Below are positions 22,612 through 36,889 of a DNA stretch of 64,000 nt, in pieces. Position 1 is the stretch's first letter. Every line of letters starts with the position of its first letter. Where the stretch lies: positions 42,036,001-42,100,000 of the forward strand of contig NC_091985.1 of NCBI RefSeq assembly GCF_044704955.1. The letters are read 5' to 3'. This DNA is from Pristiophorus japonicus (lineage: Eukaryota). A program made the translations under genes and the position numbers. The notes under the pieces were generated by a model. That model worked only from the letters and a program-made list of their open reading frames with translations. It did not search any database and had not been told where the DNA came from.

Positions 22612-25600
22612 TGTTGTGTATGCAATAATTCAAGACTGAATACTGTAAACTCCGAACAGGTACAGACCTGGCTCTACTTTATTAGGGCCCAAAGTGATCA
22701 CATTACACGTGCGTACAGCCCAATGACCTCCGACTGTGGCGCCACCTGGTGGCTTGTAAACCCAAACATACACACATGACACTATCCCCTTTTAAGATAT
22801 TAGTAATGATCTTCTGACAAATTGAGATGGTCCGGGGCATTCCGCTCCTGAGTCGAACGTCTCAGTTCAACTCCAGCCTTGGGCGAGCGTTCTGAGTCTG
22901 TTATGACTGAGGGCTGGGCAGCCGATCTGATGGGAGTGACAATGACCACGTCAGGGATTGAAAGTTTGGATTATTGACCATATCAGTGATTGAAAGTCCA
23001 GATTCATTGATGACAGCAGAGTCCTCTGATGACTGAGGGTAGGTTGGTTCGTCACTGATTGCGTCTTCCTCAGACTGTTCTGGTCCATCCGTGTGTTGCA
23101 GCTTTATCTGATCGACGTTTCCTGCATGTCTGTCAATTCTTGAGCTAAACGATAAACACTCTGCTACCCTCCTTGGCCATAACAGTATCGGCGATCCATT
23201 TGAGATCTTGACCATAATTCAGTACATGCACAGGATCATTGATAGAAATGCCATGTGCCACAGTAGTACGATTATGACCAGAAGCAAAAGACAGAAAGGA
23301 GATGAGTAAAAGTGGAGAGCAGAGAAACCCAAGGCAAAAAACAAAAAGGGCCACTGTGCAGCAAAATTCTAAAGGGTCAAAGTGTAATAAAAAGGCAAGC
23401 CTGAAAGCTCGGTGCCTCAATGTGAGGAGTATTCGGAACCCAGGAGAGGGCTCTGAGCTAATCAGAGTGGGTGAGAGCTCAGATGAATAGGACCCCAAGA
23501 AAGAATGCAAAAGGCAGGAGGCAACAGAGCAGAGTAGCACTGGGGTAAGTGTAAACCACAAGGTGATAGGAAGGGACAATATGTATGAATATAAAGGGAC
23601 TGCAGGAGGGGTCAAAACTAAAAATCATGGTTTAAAAACTAGAATTAAAACACTCTACCTAAACGCACGCAGCATTCGAAATAAAGTAAATGAGTTGACG
23701 ACACAAATCATTACAAATGGGTATGATTTGGTGGCCATTACAGAAACGTGGTTGCAGGGTGGCCAAGACTGGGAATTAAACATACAGGGGTATCTGACAA
23801 TTCGGAAAGATAGACAAGAAGGGAAAGGAGGTGGGCTAGCTCTGTTAATAAAGGATGATATCAGGGCAGTTGTGAGAGACGATATTGGCTCTAATGAACA
23901 AAATGTTGAATCATTGTGGGTGGAGATTAGAGATAGTAAGGGGAAAAAGTCACTGGTGGGCGTAGTTTATAGGCCCCCAAATAATAACTTCACGGTGGGG
24001 CGGACAATAATCAAGGGAATAATGGAGGTATGTGAAAAAGGAACGGCAGTAATCATGGGGGATTTTAACCTACATATCGATTGGTCAAACCAAATCGCAC
24101 GGGGTAGCCTTGAGGAGGAATTCATAGAATGCATACGGGATTGTTTCTTAGAACAGTATGTTACAGAACCTACAAGGGAGCAAGCTATCTTAGATCTGGT
24201 CCTGTGTAATCAGACAGGAATAATAAACGATCTCCTAATAAAAGATCCTCTCGGAATGAGTGATCACAGTATGGGTGATCACAGTATGGCTGAATTTGTA
24301 ATACAGATTGAGGGTGAGGAAGTAGTGTCTCAAACGAGCGTACTATGCTTAAACAAAGGGGACGACAGTGGGATGAGGGCAGAGTTGGCTAAAGTAGACT
24401 GGGAACACAGACTAAACGGTGGCACAATTGAGGAACAGTGGAGGACTTTTAAGGAGCTCTTTCATGGTGCTCAACTAAAATATATTCCAGTGAAAATGAA
24501 GGGCAGTAAAAGAAGGGATAACCAGCCGTAGATAACCAAGGAAATAAAGGAGAGTATCAAATTAAAAACCAATGCGTATAAGGTGGCCAAGGTTAATGGG
24601 AAACTAGAAGATTGGGAAAATTTTAAACGACAGCAAAGAATGACTAAGAAAGCAATAAAGAAAGGAAAGATAGATTACGAAAGTAAACTTGCGCAAAACA
24701 TAAAAACAGATAGTAAAAGCTTTTACCGATATATAAAACGGAAAAGAGTGACTAAAGTAAATGTTGGTCCCTTAGAAGATGAGAAGGGGGATTTAATAAT
24801 GGGAAATGTGGAAATGGCTGAGACCTTAAACAATTATTTTGTTTCGGTCTTCACAGTGGAAGACACAAAAACCATGCCAAAAATTGCTGGTCATGGGAAT
24901 GTGGGAAGGGAGGACCTTGAGATAATCACTATCACTAGGGAGATAGTGCTGGACAGGCTAATGGGACTCCAGGTAGACAAGTCCCCTGGTCCTGATGAAA
25001 TGTATCCCAGGGTATTAAAAGAGATGGCGGAAGTTATAGCAAATGCATTCGTTATAATCTACCAAAATTCTCTGGACTCTGGGGAGGTACCAGCGGATTG
25101 GAAAGCAGCTAATGTAACGCCTCTGTTTAAAAAAGGGGGCAGACAAAAGGCAGGTAACTATAGGCCGGTTAGGTTAACATCTGTAGTGGGGAAAATGCTT
25201 GAAGCTATCATTAAGGAAGAAATAGCAGGACATCTAGATAGGAATAGTGCAATCAAGTAGGCGCAACATGGATTCATGAAGGGGAAATCATGTTTAACTA
25301 ATTTACTGGAATTCTTTGAGGATATAACGAGCATGGTGGATAGAGGTGTACCGATGGATGTGGTGTATTTAGATTTCCAAAAGGCATTCGATAAAGTGCC
25401 ACACAAAAGGTTACTGCAGAAGATAAAGGTACGCGGAGTCAGAGGAAATGTATTAGCATGGATCGAGAATTGGCTGGCGAACAGAAAGCAGAGAGTCGGG
25501 ATAAATGGGTCCTTTTCGGGTTGGAAATCGGTGGTTAGTGGTGTGCCACAGGGATTGGTGCTGGGACCACAACTGTTTACAATATACATAGATGACCTGG

Positions 25601-28600
25601 AAGAGGGGACAGAGTGTAGTGTAACAAAATTTGCAGATGACACAAAGATTAGTGGGAAAGCGGGTTGTGTAGAGGACACAGAGAGGCTGCAAAGAGATTT
25701 AGATAGGTTAAGCGAATGGGCTACGGTTTGGCAGATGGAATACAATGTCGGAAAATGTAAGGTCATCCACCTTGGAAAAAAAAAACAGTAAAAGGGAATA
25801 TTATTTGAATGGGGAGAAATTACAACATGCTGCGGTGCAGAGGGACCTGGGGGTCCTTGTGCATGAATCCCAAAAAGTTAGTTTGCAGGTGCAGCAGGTA
25901 ATCAGGAAGGCGAATGGAATGTTGGCCTTCATTGTGAGAGGGATTGAGTACAAAAGCAGGGAGATCCTGCTGCAACTGTACAGGGTATTGGTGAGGCCGC
26001 ACCTGGAGTACTGCGTGCAGTTTTGGTCACCTTACTTAAGGAAGGATATACTAGCTTTGGAGGGGGTACAGAGACGCTTTACTAGGCTGATTCCGGAGAT
26101 GAGGGGGTTACCTTATGATGATAGATTGAGTAGACTGGGTCTTTACTCGTTGGAGTTCAGAAGGATGAGGGGTGATCTTATAGAAACATTTAAAATAATG
26201 AAAGGGATAGACAAGATCGAGGCAGAGAGATTGTTTCCACTGGTCGGGGAGACTAGAACTAGGGGGCACAGCCTCAAAATATGGGGGAGCCAATTTAAAA
26301 CCGAGCTGAGAAGGAATTTCTTCTCCCAGAGGGTTGTGAATCTGTGGAATTCTCTGCCCAAGGAAGCAGTTGAGGCTTGCTCATTGAATGTATTCAAATC
26401 ACAGATAGATAGATTTTTAACCAATAAGGGAATTAAGGGTTATGGGAAGCGGGCGGGTAAGTGGAGCCGAGTCCACGGCCAGATCAGCCATGATCTTGTT
26501 GAATGGCGGAGCAGGCCCGAGGGGCTAGGTGGCCTACTCCTGTTCCTAATTCTTATGTTCTTATATTCTTGCTGACTTTGACGTCTGTATTCGACACGAT
26601 TATTCAAATCAGGTTGGACAAGAGAGAGCCTGGTCTTGAGACCTCTCCATCAATAGTTCAGCAGGGGAGACCCCGGTAAGCGTATGGGGTCTTGTCCTGT
26701 AACTGAGCAATATGCATGACAAGCGAGTTTGCAGTGAACCTTGAGTTACACGTTTCATACTCTGCTTCATGGTTTGGACTGCACGCTCTGCTTATCCATT
26801 GGATGCGGGTTTGAATGGTGCTGACCTCACATGTTTGATACCATTGAGTTTCATGAACTCTTGAAACTCCATACTGGTGAAGCAAGATCCGTTGTCAATT
26901 ACAACGATGTCAGGCAGACCATGCGTAGCAAACATGACACGAAGGCTCTCAATGGTAGCTGTGGATGTGCTGGATGACAGGATTGTACACTCTATCCACT
27001 TGGAATAAGCATCCACCACAACTAAGAATATCTTTCCCAGGAAGGGACCTGCAAAGTCGATGTGGATCCTGCACCATGGTTTGGATGGCCACGACTGCAG
27101 ACTCAGCGGCGATTCCGCTGGTGCTTTACTAAGCTGCATGCAAGTGTTGCGCTGATGCACACGTGATTCCAGATCAGAGTCAATTCCAGGCCACCATGCA
27201 TGAGACCTGGCAATGGCTTTCATCATGACAATACCAGGATGCGTGCTATGTAGATCATGCATAAAATTCTCTCTGCCTTTCTTGGGCATAACAACACGAT
27301 TACCCCACAATATACAATCTGATTGAATGGATAGTTCATCTTTGCGACGGATGTAAGGTTTGGTCTCCTCACACATTTGCTTGGGTATGGCAGACCAATC
27401 ACCACTAAGGATACAACGTTTCACAACCGATAATATCGGGTCCTGGCTGATCCAGGTCTTAACTTGTTGGGCCGTGACAGGGGTTCCTTCTCTTTCAAAA
27501 GCATCCATGACTAACAGTAGGTTCGCCGGTTGTGGCGTTTCCACCTCCGGTGTGGACAACGGCAGATGGCTCAATGCATTGGCACAATTCTCAGTGCCAG
27601 GTCTATGGCGAATGACATAATCTCAGGCAGATAATGTCAGCATCCACCTCTGGATGCGGGATGATGCATTGGTATTGATGCCTTTGTTTTCCGAAAACAA
27701 TGAAATGAGTGGCTTGTGATCTGTTTCCAGTTCAAACCGAAGACCAAACAGGTACTGATGCATCTTTTTAACCCCATACACATAGGCTAGTGCTTCTTTC
27801 TCTACCATGCTGTAGGCTCTTTCCACCTTTGACAAACTTTTTGAAGCATATGCAACAGATTGTAATTTGCCCGACATTAGCTTGTTGGAGCACGCAACCA
27901 ACTCCATATGATGAAGCATTACAGGTCAATACTAGACGCTTACATGGATCATAATGTACCAGCAGCTTGTTGGAGCAAAGCAAATTAGTAGTTTTCTCAA
28001 AAGCTCTACCTTGAGATGCACCCCAAACCCAGTTGTCGCCTTTTATTAGCAGCATGTGTAGTGGATCTAATAAGGTGCTCAATCTAGGTAAGAAATTACC
28101 GAAGTAGTTGAGTAGACCAAGGAACGAACGCAGCTCCGTCACATTCTGAGGTGCCATGAAGATGCACTTCTAGTGTTTCAGTCTGAGTCCCACTTTGTCC
28201 AGACAATGCAGAACCTTTTCCAGGTTGTTCAGATGTTCGGCGGAGTCACAACCTGTGACCAGTATGTCATCTTGTAACATGACGGTTCTGGGGACAGACT
28301 TCAGTAGTGTTCCTCTGAAATATGGCTGCAGCCGAGCGAATTCCCAAAGAGCACCTGTTGTAGATAAACAGTCCTTTAATGAGTGTTGATGCACGTAAGT
28401 TTCTTCGACATGTCGACCAGCTCCTGTGTCATGAAGGCCGACGTCAGATCCAGTTTTGTGAATGACTTACCCCCCGGCTAGCATTGCACACAGGTCATCA
28501 GCTTTCGGTAACGGGTATTGATCCTGTTTCGAAACTCGGTTGATCGTAACCTTGTCGTCTCCACAAATCCTGACAGTGCCATCACTTTTCAACATGGGAA

Positions 28601-30256
28601 CAATGGGGCTGGCCCATTCGTTAAATTCGACCGGTGATATGATCCCTTTATGCTGGAGTCTGTCCAGTTCGATTTCGACCTTCTCCCTCATTATGTACGG
28701 AACTGCCCGAGCTTTATGATGGACGGGTCTTGCATCCGAGTCCACATGGATCTGCATCTTGGCTCCCGTGAAATTGCCGATGCCTAGCTCAAACAGCGAG
28801 AGGAACTTGCTCATCACTTGAGCACATGGAGTATCCTCCTCCGACGACAACACTTTGATCTTGTTCCCATTCCATTTGATTTTGTCTAACCATTTCCTGC
28901 TGAACAGCGTTGGACCACTGCCTGGATCAATCCATAACGACAAATCGTGAACCACACCATCATACGACACTGCCAATCACCGTTATGAGTTCTTTAGTGT
29001 ATGTACGTAACTTGGCATTGACTGGACTCAGCTTAGGCTTCATAGCCTTAGTATCCCACAGACTGTCGAATGTCCTCTGGCTCATTATTGATTGACTCGC
29101 ACCCGTGTCCAATGCCATCGATACCAGCACACCATTAAGTTTAACATTAATCTTTGTTAGGAATGAATACAGTCCATACACTTCCTCCTCTGATAGATCG
29201 GATTACATATCGGATCCGCGCTGGATTGGTCATCATCCTCCACGTGGTGTGTTGCAGCACACTTGCTCAGTTGCGGACACGTGCGATGGAACTGCCCCAC
29301 TCTCGAACAGCCTTTACAAATATACTGTTTAAATCGACACCGATGATTTCCCCCATAACGCCAACATGGTGATATCAGATTAATTCCCGTTGGCGGACTT
29401 TGAGCAGCCACAGGTTTCGCGTGCGCAGTTGGGTAGGCTCTGCCATATGTAGCTCTGCCAAATGATGATACTATCTTGTTTACAGTACTTGCCGAGTTCC
29501 GATTTTTCAATACCTGCTTTAAGCTTTTGTCCATCATCATGCATGATTGGCCAATCAGGATGGCCTTGCTCAAATCCGGCGTCTCCGCCGCCAGTAGCTT
29601 ACGCAGGATCACCTTGTGGTTGATGTCGATTACAAAGAAGTCCCGCAGCATGTCTGCCAACGCAGATTCGAACTTACACAGTCCAGCTAGACATCTTAGG
29701 TCGGCATTGAATTCTGATACATCGTGGCCCTCAGATTGAATGTGCGTACAGAATCGATATCTTGAGCTGATGATGCTTTCATCTGGTTTGAGATGGCCAC
29801 GTACCAGAGCACACAATGTTTCATAGTCCTTGTCCATTGGACTTAAGGGCGAGAGGAGATTCTTTATGGGTCCATAGATTTTCGGACTGCAAACTGTGAA
29901 GAGGACCGCCCGGCGCCGAACTGCGTCTGCCTCTTTCTTCATTTTGTTGGCCACGAAGTACTGGTTCAAGCGGGCTACAAAGTCTTCCCAATCTTCTCCC
30001 TCCACAAATCGCTCCAGAATTCCAATTGTGCTCATTTTTGCATGCGAAGGTTCTTGTTACCTTGTCGCCAAATGTTGTATATGCTGTATACTCCGAACAG
30101 GTACAAACCTGGCTCTACTTTATTAGGGCCCAAAGTGATTACATTACAAGATGGCTGGCCTTTTATACCTGGGCCGCACACACGTGCACACAGCCCAATG
30201 ACATCCAACAGTGGCGCCACCTGGTGTCTAGTAAATCCAAGCATACATAGATGACA
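22612..30256 (-). mobile_element. Gypsy (Mag-like) LTR retrotransposon, full structure but decayed, interrupted by CR1
   Basis: LTRs at 22612-22781 and 30073-30256; perfect 5-bp TSD GATAG; PBS TGGCGACAAG at 30061-30070; PPT at ~22782-22796. Gag 29157-30035, protease LDTGAS, RT (WASPIV, LQDDIL), RNase H (ETDHKPL) and integrase (HSTHPG, HIDFAGP, IDNG). Confidence 0.92.
23280..26570 (+). mobile_element. CR1 LINE with complete ORF2 (endonuclease and RT), lightly disrupted
   Basis: APE motifs LYLNARSIRNK, ITETWL, GDFN and SDH, plus RT motifs. Only two TAG stops (~24529, ~25258) and one frameshift in an A-run (~25785). (TTCTTATG)n tail. Confidence 0.95.
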
Positions 30257-31399
30257 GATAGCCTTTGACTGTTATTAACCGCAGAGCCCCATTGTCACTG
30301 TACCACTGTAATTTGCAATCTGCCATATAAACAGAATAATCTGAGGGATAGAAATTCGACTTTGCTAAGCCGTAAAATGGCCGAAATGAGGACCAATTTC
30401 GGGACCACCATCCTGTACCTCAAAGATGCCTGAAATCTGTCCGACCCAAAATGGATTCAGGACACTTTTTAAGGCTCGGTGGTTTTGAATATACAAAAGC
30501 AGTGAAGTGGCGCTGATTGCTAGTTTGTCCATTTGCAGTGCCACACAATACTAGTTCGATCTCCCACTGCGCTGAACTCCTGGAATCAGTTGGAGCAGGT
30601 GAGGAGAGCCAAGCCAAGCAGAAGCCATGCCTACAGACGGAAGGGAAAATCAGAGGCTTCGTTTCAAGCACCTCCTGGCAACGTTGGCAGAAGACTGGAA
30701 GCAGACTGACCTGCCCAACCTCTCAGTTACAGTTGATGTGTGATCTGTGACAGAAGAATAAAATAAATTGTCATTACTCATTACTCAAGACAGGGAAGGA
30801 CATGGGTCGATTCGCGTTAAGGTGACCGAGATGGAATTATGTCAATTTGCAATTTGTTTTATTGCCCAACAACCAAACAGAGCTCGCAGACTGATATTCT
30901 CTTACAATAATGTATTAAAACTGTGGCAAGTTCTCAATTCGAAAACTGCCACAGTACTTCTGTTGAAAAAAATGATCATTTTGTAACCTTATTCAAATGT
31001 GCCACATAACTGTTACCGTGCCTTTGCTATCTATTGCCCACAATCGACTTGTCAGCCAGCATGTAATTCTTTCCTTTTGCTTTTGTACTATTCTTTGATA
31101 GCGCATTACAGAGCAACCCAAAGGCCCAATAATGTCCCTGGGGGTTCTAACAAGACTCCCACCATAACCTCAGCAGGAGTCCAAAGGAACCAACCAGAAA
31201 ATGCCAGGGACCCTGTTTCCTGGGATTTTCAGGTAGACCTTGTAAGGGATGGAAGTTCCTCTCACTCCTCACAAGACCAGTGACTTCAGGGGGAAACCCT
31301 GCAGCCGGCGAAGGAATAGATCGCATTGCCTCCCCAAGCTGGGGGTTCCAGCTTCCCTGGCTCATTTGGGACCTGGCATAGGACTGGAGGCCTAGTGAG

Positions 31400-31850
31400 T
31401 TTTTATAGAATACAGCACCATGTATGCCATTCAGCCCATTGTGCCCATGCCGGCACTTTGAGAGTGCTTTCCTATTAGTCCCACTCCCCGGCTCTTTCCC
31501 CATTGCCATACAGATTTCTCCCCTTCAAGTATTTATCCAATTCCCTTTTGAAAGTTACTATTGAATGTGCTTCCATCACACTTTCAGGTAGTGCATTCCA
31601 GATCATACAATCATAGAAATTTATGGCACAGAAGGAGGCCATTCAGCCCATCATAACAACGTGCTGGGTAAATAAAAATTCCTCATCACACCTCTGGCTC
31701 TTTTGCCAATTACCTCTGGTTACTGACCCCTTCTGTCAGTGGAAAGTTTCTCCTTAATTACTCTCCCAAAACCTTTCATGATTTTGAACATCTCGATTAA
31801 GTCTCCCCTTAACCTTTTCTGCTCTGAGGAAAACAATCCCAGCTACACTA
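31400..31850 (-). mobile_element. Old CR1 3' remnants
   Basis: Degenerate CR1 3' motifs (GGCCATTCAGCCC, CCTTTCATGATTTTGAACATCTC). Confidence 0.6.
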
Positions 31851-32190
31851 CTGCTACACTTGAAAAAATTGCACTTAACCTAGGAGAGCAGGTTTATATG
31901 ACTTGCCTCCAGATGGGCATAGGTGGTGAGGAGAGTGTCTGGCCTCTCAAAGTAAATGTGTTATTTTTAAAAGAGCACTGAATCAGCCCTATTAAACAGA
32001 GTGAGGGCACTTTGGAGTCTTGGGGAGCAGGCTTGGGCATCCACACCCCCACCCACCAAATGGAGGGCAGCTACCAGGTTTCTCAGTTGCACAGGGCAAG
32101 CAGGCACCAGAGATGCGTCCGCTGGACAAATGCAAATAGTATGGCCTCCTGCTGACCCAGCACAAGCCAAAATACTTTCAGTGACTGCAC

Positions 32191-32622
32191 TATCATCATC
32201 ATCATCATAGGCAGTCCCTCAAGTCGAGGATGACTTGCGTCCACGCCAAAAAGTTCACAGGTGTTTCAATGAAAGACCGAATATTCCAGGCCCCAAACTA
32301 AATCTTGAAGGGTGGAAGATGCCTGTGTGTGTATTTTTTTTTAAACGTGTGGTGGCCATTGCACACCAGCCACCACACGGGCTTGACAGAGCTAGGTCTT
32401 GGTCCAGTGGCAAGGGTTAACCAAGACGACTGGAGACCAGCTCTGCTGCACGGACCTAGTGCGCACACATACCACAGTGTGGGCCGGTCCGTGCTGCCCC
32501 TGAGCCCTCGCCTCTTCTCAGCCCCAAACTCACGCCTCTCCTTGGCCCGATCATGTCCATCTACAATCTCTCGCCGCTCCTTCGCCCCGACCCTGCCGCT
32601 CCTGCAGTACCTGCCCACGCTG
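32191..32622 (-). mobile_element. Non-autonomous RTE-dependent element (RTE 5'-UTR-like part joined to an RTE 3' tail)
   Basis: The (CAT)n tail with AGGCAGTCCCTC..CGAGGATGACTTGC closely matches the RTE ends in this window, but upstream there is non-coding GACGACTGGAGACCAGCTCTGCTGCA sequence instead of RT. Confidence 0.6.
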
Positions 32623-32813
32623 CTTTGAATCTCATTTTGAATGTATGTACTTTCTGATTTAAATTAATATTCTGATCTTGCTCACCTTTAGTTTTCAGTG
32701 ACATCAAGTTTGAAAGCTGGAGACTATTTAGATAAGGTCATTTCAACCGTCTATGTAATGTGGGAGTCAGCAAAATGAATAACACAATCAATGATATATA
32801 TATGATATATATC

Positions 32814-33367
32814 GGGGCCGAAATTGCCCCCCTTTTAAGGTCCATTACCGCTGGGGGCAGGCAGAAACAGGTTCCTGCCCCGTCGGGGACGCGTCGATCC
32901 CTTACCCCCGGCAGCGACCCCTTTCCACCTCCGCAAGGGAAATTGCCCCAGAGAGCGGAGCCGCCACCGCTCGGTGCCCCCAACAGCTTTTCCTGGCAGG
33001 AAGTTGCCAGGACCTGGGTGGCGCATCCGCCCTTAAAGGGGAGGGCGCACCGCCGTGACCGCCATTTTATTTTAATTGTCGGCTGACTCCTGAGTCGGCC
33101 CGACAATGGCGGCCACAGGTTAGGCCGAAGCCCTCCCTGGTGGCCCAGTGGGCGCCACTAAAGTGGCTGCAGACCTTGCAGTGGCCCTCCCCTTTATCAG
33201 CGCAGCCCCGCTCCCAACGCACTTCCGCCCCTCAGCCACCCAAAACACCACCACAACGATTTTTAAATGTTAAAGAGGCCAATTTCCCTCTATTCATGGA
33301 TTGGACGGAGAATATTAATTTAATTTCAATTATCCGCCCCCTTTGGGGCGGAGGGCAATTTCTAGCC
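32814..33367. mobile_element. MITE (Harbinger-type ends)
   Basis: Imperfect TIRs GGGGCCGAAATTGCCC / GGGCAATTTCTAGCC; GC-rich and non-coding. Confidence 0.55.
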
Positions 33368-34677
33368 ATATCTTTTTTTAAATCAAGTTGTACCTTTTTT
33401 AAATCAAGTTGTAGAAACCCTCTCTCCTGTGCAGTTTTTCAAGCTTGGCAATAAAATCTAAAATTAGAATATTGACATTTCAGAATATCTGACAGGTCAA
33501 AATTAACATCTTCTTGCTATTGGATACTGTAATGCTGGTAGATGCCACATTAAAGAAAAAGCTTATAGGAATTTGCTTGTATATGCTTCTGTTAATATTG
33601 CATAGTGCCTGAAGTTTCTTGTAAAACTGTCCTTACCTGCAATGATCAACTGTGCCTCAAATCACAGCAAGGTCAAGTCACTGAGAAATGCTAGATTGAT
33701 TTTTTGATTGTCTTTATCCGGGCACATAACTTTCTGTGCTAGATCAAGCGCTTAGATGAATACTCCATGAATGAAACTGACTGTCAGTTTGATTCTGAAA
33801 AGGGATTTCTAAATTGAAATCTGCGCCAGCTGCCAAATGGACAACACTATTACTTGTGATTTATATTAAATAAGATTTGGTGATTTTATATGATGTAAAC
33901 CAAGGTCATCCCATGAGTGCCACCAGCAACTTGATGTGACTTCTGCCTTCTGAGCTCTTGGTACAGTAAGGAGTTATGAGGATTTGTATTATTATTCAAC
34001 ATAGAATTCCAGAGCCAAACAGTGTAATCACAACATATTCTTATATAGCAGAGGTTCTTGCTGATTCAAACAAACGGACTTCAAAAGCTTTCAACATTAA
34101 AACCCAATTATTTACAACCTGAGTATTCAACTTCTGCCTTAATCATGTACATCAAGATTCATGTTTTGATTGAAGGAATACGTTTCTTCCAGAAATTGTC
34201 TGATTTTCAATAGAATCAAAGTCCCTTGCAAATATGGCCCTCAAAACCTGAAACTGAACTTTTCTTAAAGGTACACTGCTCGGTGGTTATTAGATTTGAT
34301 GACAAGAATCATTCCTGTGTTGGAGGCAAAGCATGCCTCAAACAATAAAATTTCTGCAGTACATCATTTCTGATATTACTTTAGATATGAAAGCCCTGAA
34401 AATCCACAGCCATTCTGATGAAATCCCACCATAACTTCAACAGGACTCCACCACAACGGCTGGTAACTAGACCAGAATCCCTACGTTAGGAGATCCCATG
34501 TACCGGGACTTCAGCGGACCCCAGTGTATGGTCGGCAGAGGTACCAGCATGCTTCCCAGACCACCGGAGATTGTGCGGAACAACTCGAGGTTCAGGCTGG
34601 GATCATGGTCTAGGTCCCCAAAGAAAAGAACAAATTAAAAGTGACTCCCCGCTGCATCCCCCCAAATCCCCGCCCGG

Positions 34678-34805
34678 CAATGTTCCTTGTAAGCTGCGTG
34701 GCCGCACAGCCCTCCAGGGGTCCCGCGCAGCCAACATTTAAATATAAAAAACAGATGCGCGGTATTTTGAATGTGGCCCCCCAAAAAAAATTACAGGGAA
34801 CATTC
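34678..34805. mobile_element. Short MITE
   Basis: TIRs AATGTTCCTTGTAA / TTACAGGGAACATT around ~100 bp. Confidence 0.5.
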
Positions 34806-35169
34806 CCCCCGCCCCCCCGCAAACAAGAGAGATCAAAGGGCAACAAATTATTCTTTTCAGAAAGGGCTAACACCAGTCCGGTAGTTATCAGTTCGGCTTT
34901 CTGGCTTCGTTGGCAAATGCACGCCCCTAGTGGTGTGAGAGCTCTAGGGAACAAGATTAGGGAGCTCTTCCCTGACCCTGAATGGCGAGATTCCCAGTGG
35001 TTGCATCTTGCCCTTTTTGCCGAAATGTGTGTCCCATTACAGATTTTCAGAGCTAGAAAATCATGTGAATTTCAAACTTACATCAGTTAGCTGTGGCTGA
35101 GGCACTGGCGAAGATTTTTGGCAGCAGCCTCCACTCGGGTGGTGCATTATCACATGACTGCCCATTAAT

Positions 35170-36703
35170 GGGCCCAAGTTTCGGGCCACACCTAGAACGG
35201 CGCAGCCCCGACCTGGACGCCCGATTTTCGCGCCACAAAGTGCGCCTAAAAAAACTTCCAGATTCTCCGGCGACCTGCAGGCCGTTTGCAGCGCGGCGCG
35301 GCGCAGCACGAGCTGTAGGGGTCGGAGCTAGGTCCCTGCGCTGAAAACAGTGCCGGGACCTCTGCATATGCGCGCTACAGTGGGCGCGCATGTGCAGTAG
35401 CTCGAGGCGCCCAAAACTGTGTGGGAGGGGCCGAAGCACGCAGCCACTAGCCCTGGCCGAATGGCCTCACTGGGGCTGCGTGCATAAGGCTGCCTCCCAC
35501 GCCCAGCTCCTGCTTCCTCCGGACCGGACCCGACCCGACTTGACTCCTGCTTCCCCCCCGACCCGACCTCCGCTTCCCCCGCTCCCGACCTTCCCCCCCC
35601 TCCCCGACCGATCTCCCCCCCGCCCCTGACCAATCTCCGCTCCCCTCCGCCCCGATCCGCGCTCCCGACCCGCCCCGGACCCCGGACCTGACGCCACCTA
35701 CCTGTCAATCTGGTAAGTCCAAGCTCAAAGTCTTGGGCCCGGCCGGGCCCGGCCCGTTCAGCCTCCCTCTCCTTTCTTTCTCTCTCTCTCTCTCGTCCTC
35801 CCTTCTCTCCCCCCTTCCCCTCCCTCCCTTCTCTTCCCCCTCTCCCCCTCCCTCCCTCCCTCCCTCCCCTCCCTCCTCCTACCTCTCCTCCCCCCTCCCC
35901 TCCCTCCTCCTACCTCTCCTCCCCCCTCCCCTCCCTCCTTTCTCACCCCCCCTCCCTTCTCACTCCCCTCCCCTCCCACCCTTGTCACCCCCCTCCCCCC
36001 CCACCCCCTCTCCCCCACTACACCCCCTCTCCCCCACTCCACCACCCCTCCTCCCCCTCCCCTCCACCCCTCGCTGTCAGAAACACAGACACTGAAAGAC
36101 AGAGAGTGAGAGAGACAAACACAGACAGACAGAGAGATAGAGACATTAACAGAGACACACTGGGGGGGGGGCATCCCAGCACGCTGTTGGAGGACTCCCG
36201 GTGCTGCAGTCAGTAAGTAGAAAATGTTTTATTTATTGATTTGTTTTTAAATTTATTTTTTATTAATTTTTTTTGATTGATTTATTGGTTGATTTATTGA
36301 TGTATTTATCATTTATTATTGATGATGACTCTTTTTGTAAAATTGAAGTGTTTAATGTTTGCAAACTTCCCTTTAAACCCCCCACCCCCATTCCCTACGC
36401 CTGATTTGTAACCAATGCCTGATTTTCTAAAGTGTAGACAAGGTTTTTTCGAGCGTACAAAAATCTTCACTTACTCCAATCTAAGTTAGTTTGGAGTAAG
36501 TTTTCACTGCCGAAACTTTGAAAACAGGCGTAAGTGGCCGAACATGCCCCCTTTTGAAAAAAAAATTCTGTTCCAAAGTGAAATTGTTCTAACTGACTAG
36601 AACTGGAGCAAACTAAATGCCGAGAATTTGAATTTCTAAGATACTCCGTTCTACACCAGTTGCTCAAAAAAAACAGGAGCAACTGAGGCCGAAACTTGGC
36701 CCC
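35170..36703. mobile_element. Non-autonomous Harbinger-type element with a C-rich low-complexity core
   Basis: TIRs GGGCCCAAGTTTCGG / CCGAAACTTGGCCCC; 3-bp TSD AAT (35167-35169, 36704-36706). Confidence 0.8.
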
Positions 36704-36889
36704 AATGTTGCCGACCCCGTCTCCTAGTTTAATTGGGAAGTCACCCATTATCTCCTTCAACAGTGTAAAGGGGCTTAGCTGTTTGATAGAAAAGAATGTA
36801 TACTGACTTACAGGAATGACATCAAGTTGATACAGCCATAAAACACCCCAATTTTCAGATAAGGCAATAGAGATCAGGTATGTCGGAGG

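Noticed and set aside
33630-33760. Minus-strand donor-like CAG|GTAAGG as another RGS exon
   Set aside because: The upstream translation does not resemble RGS6/7 and no convincing exon is evident.
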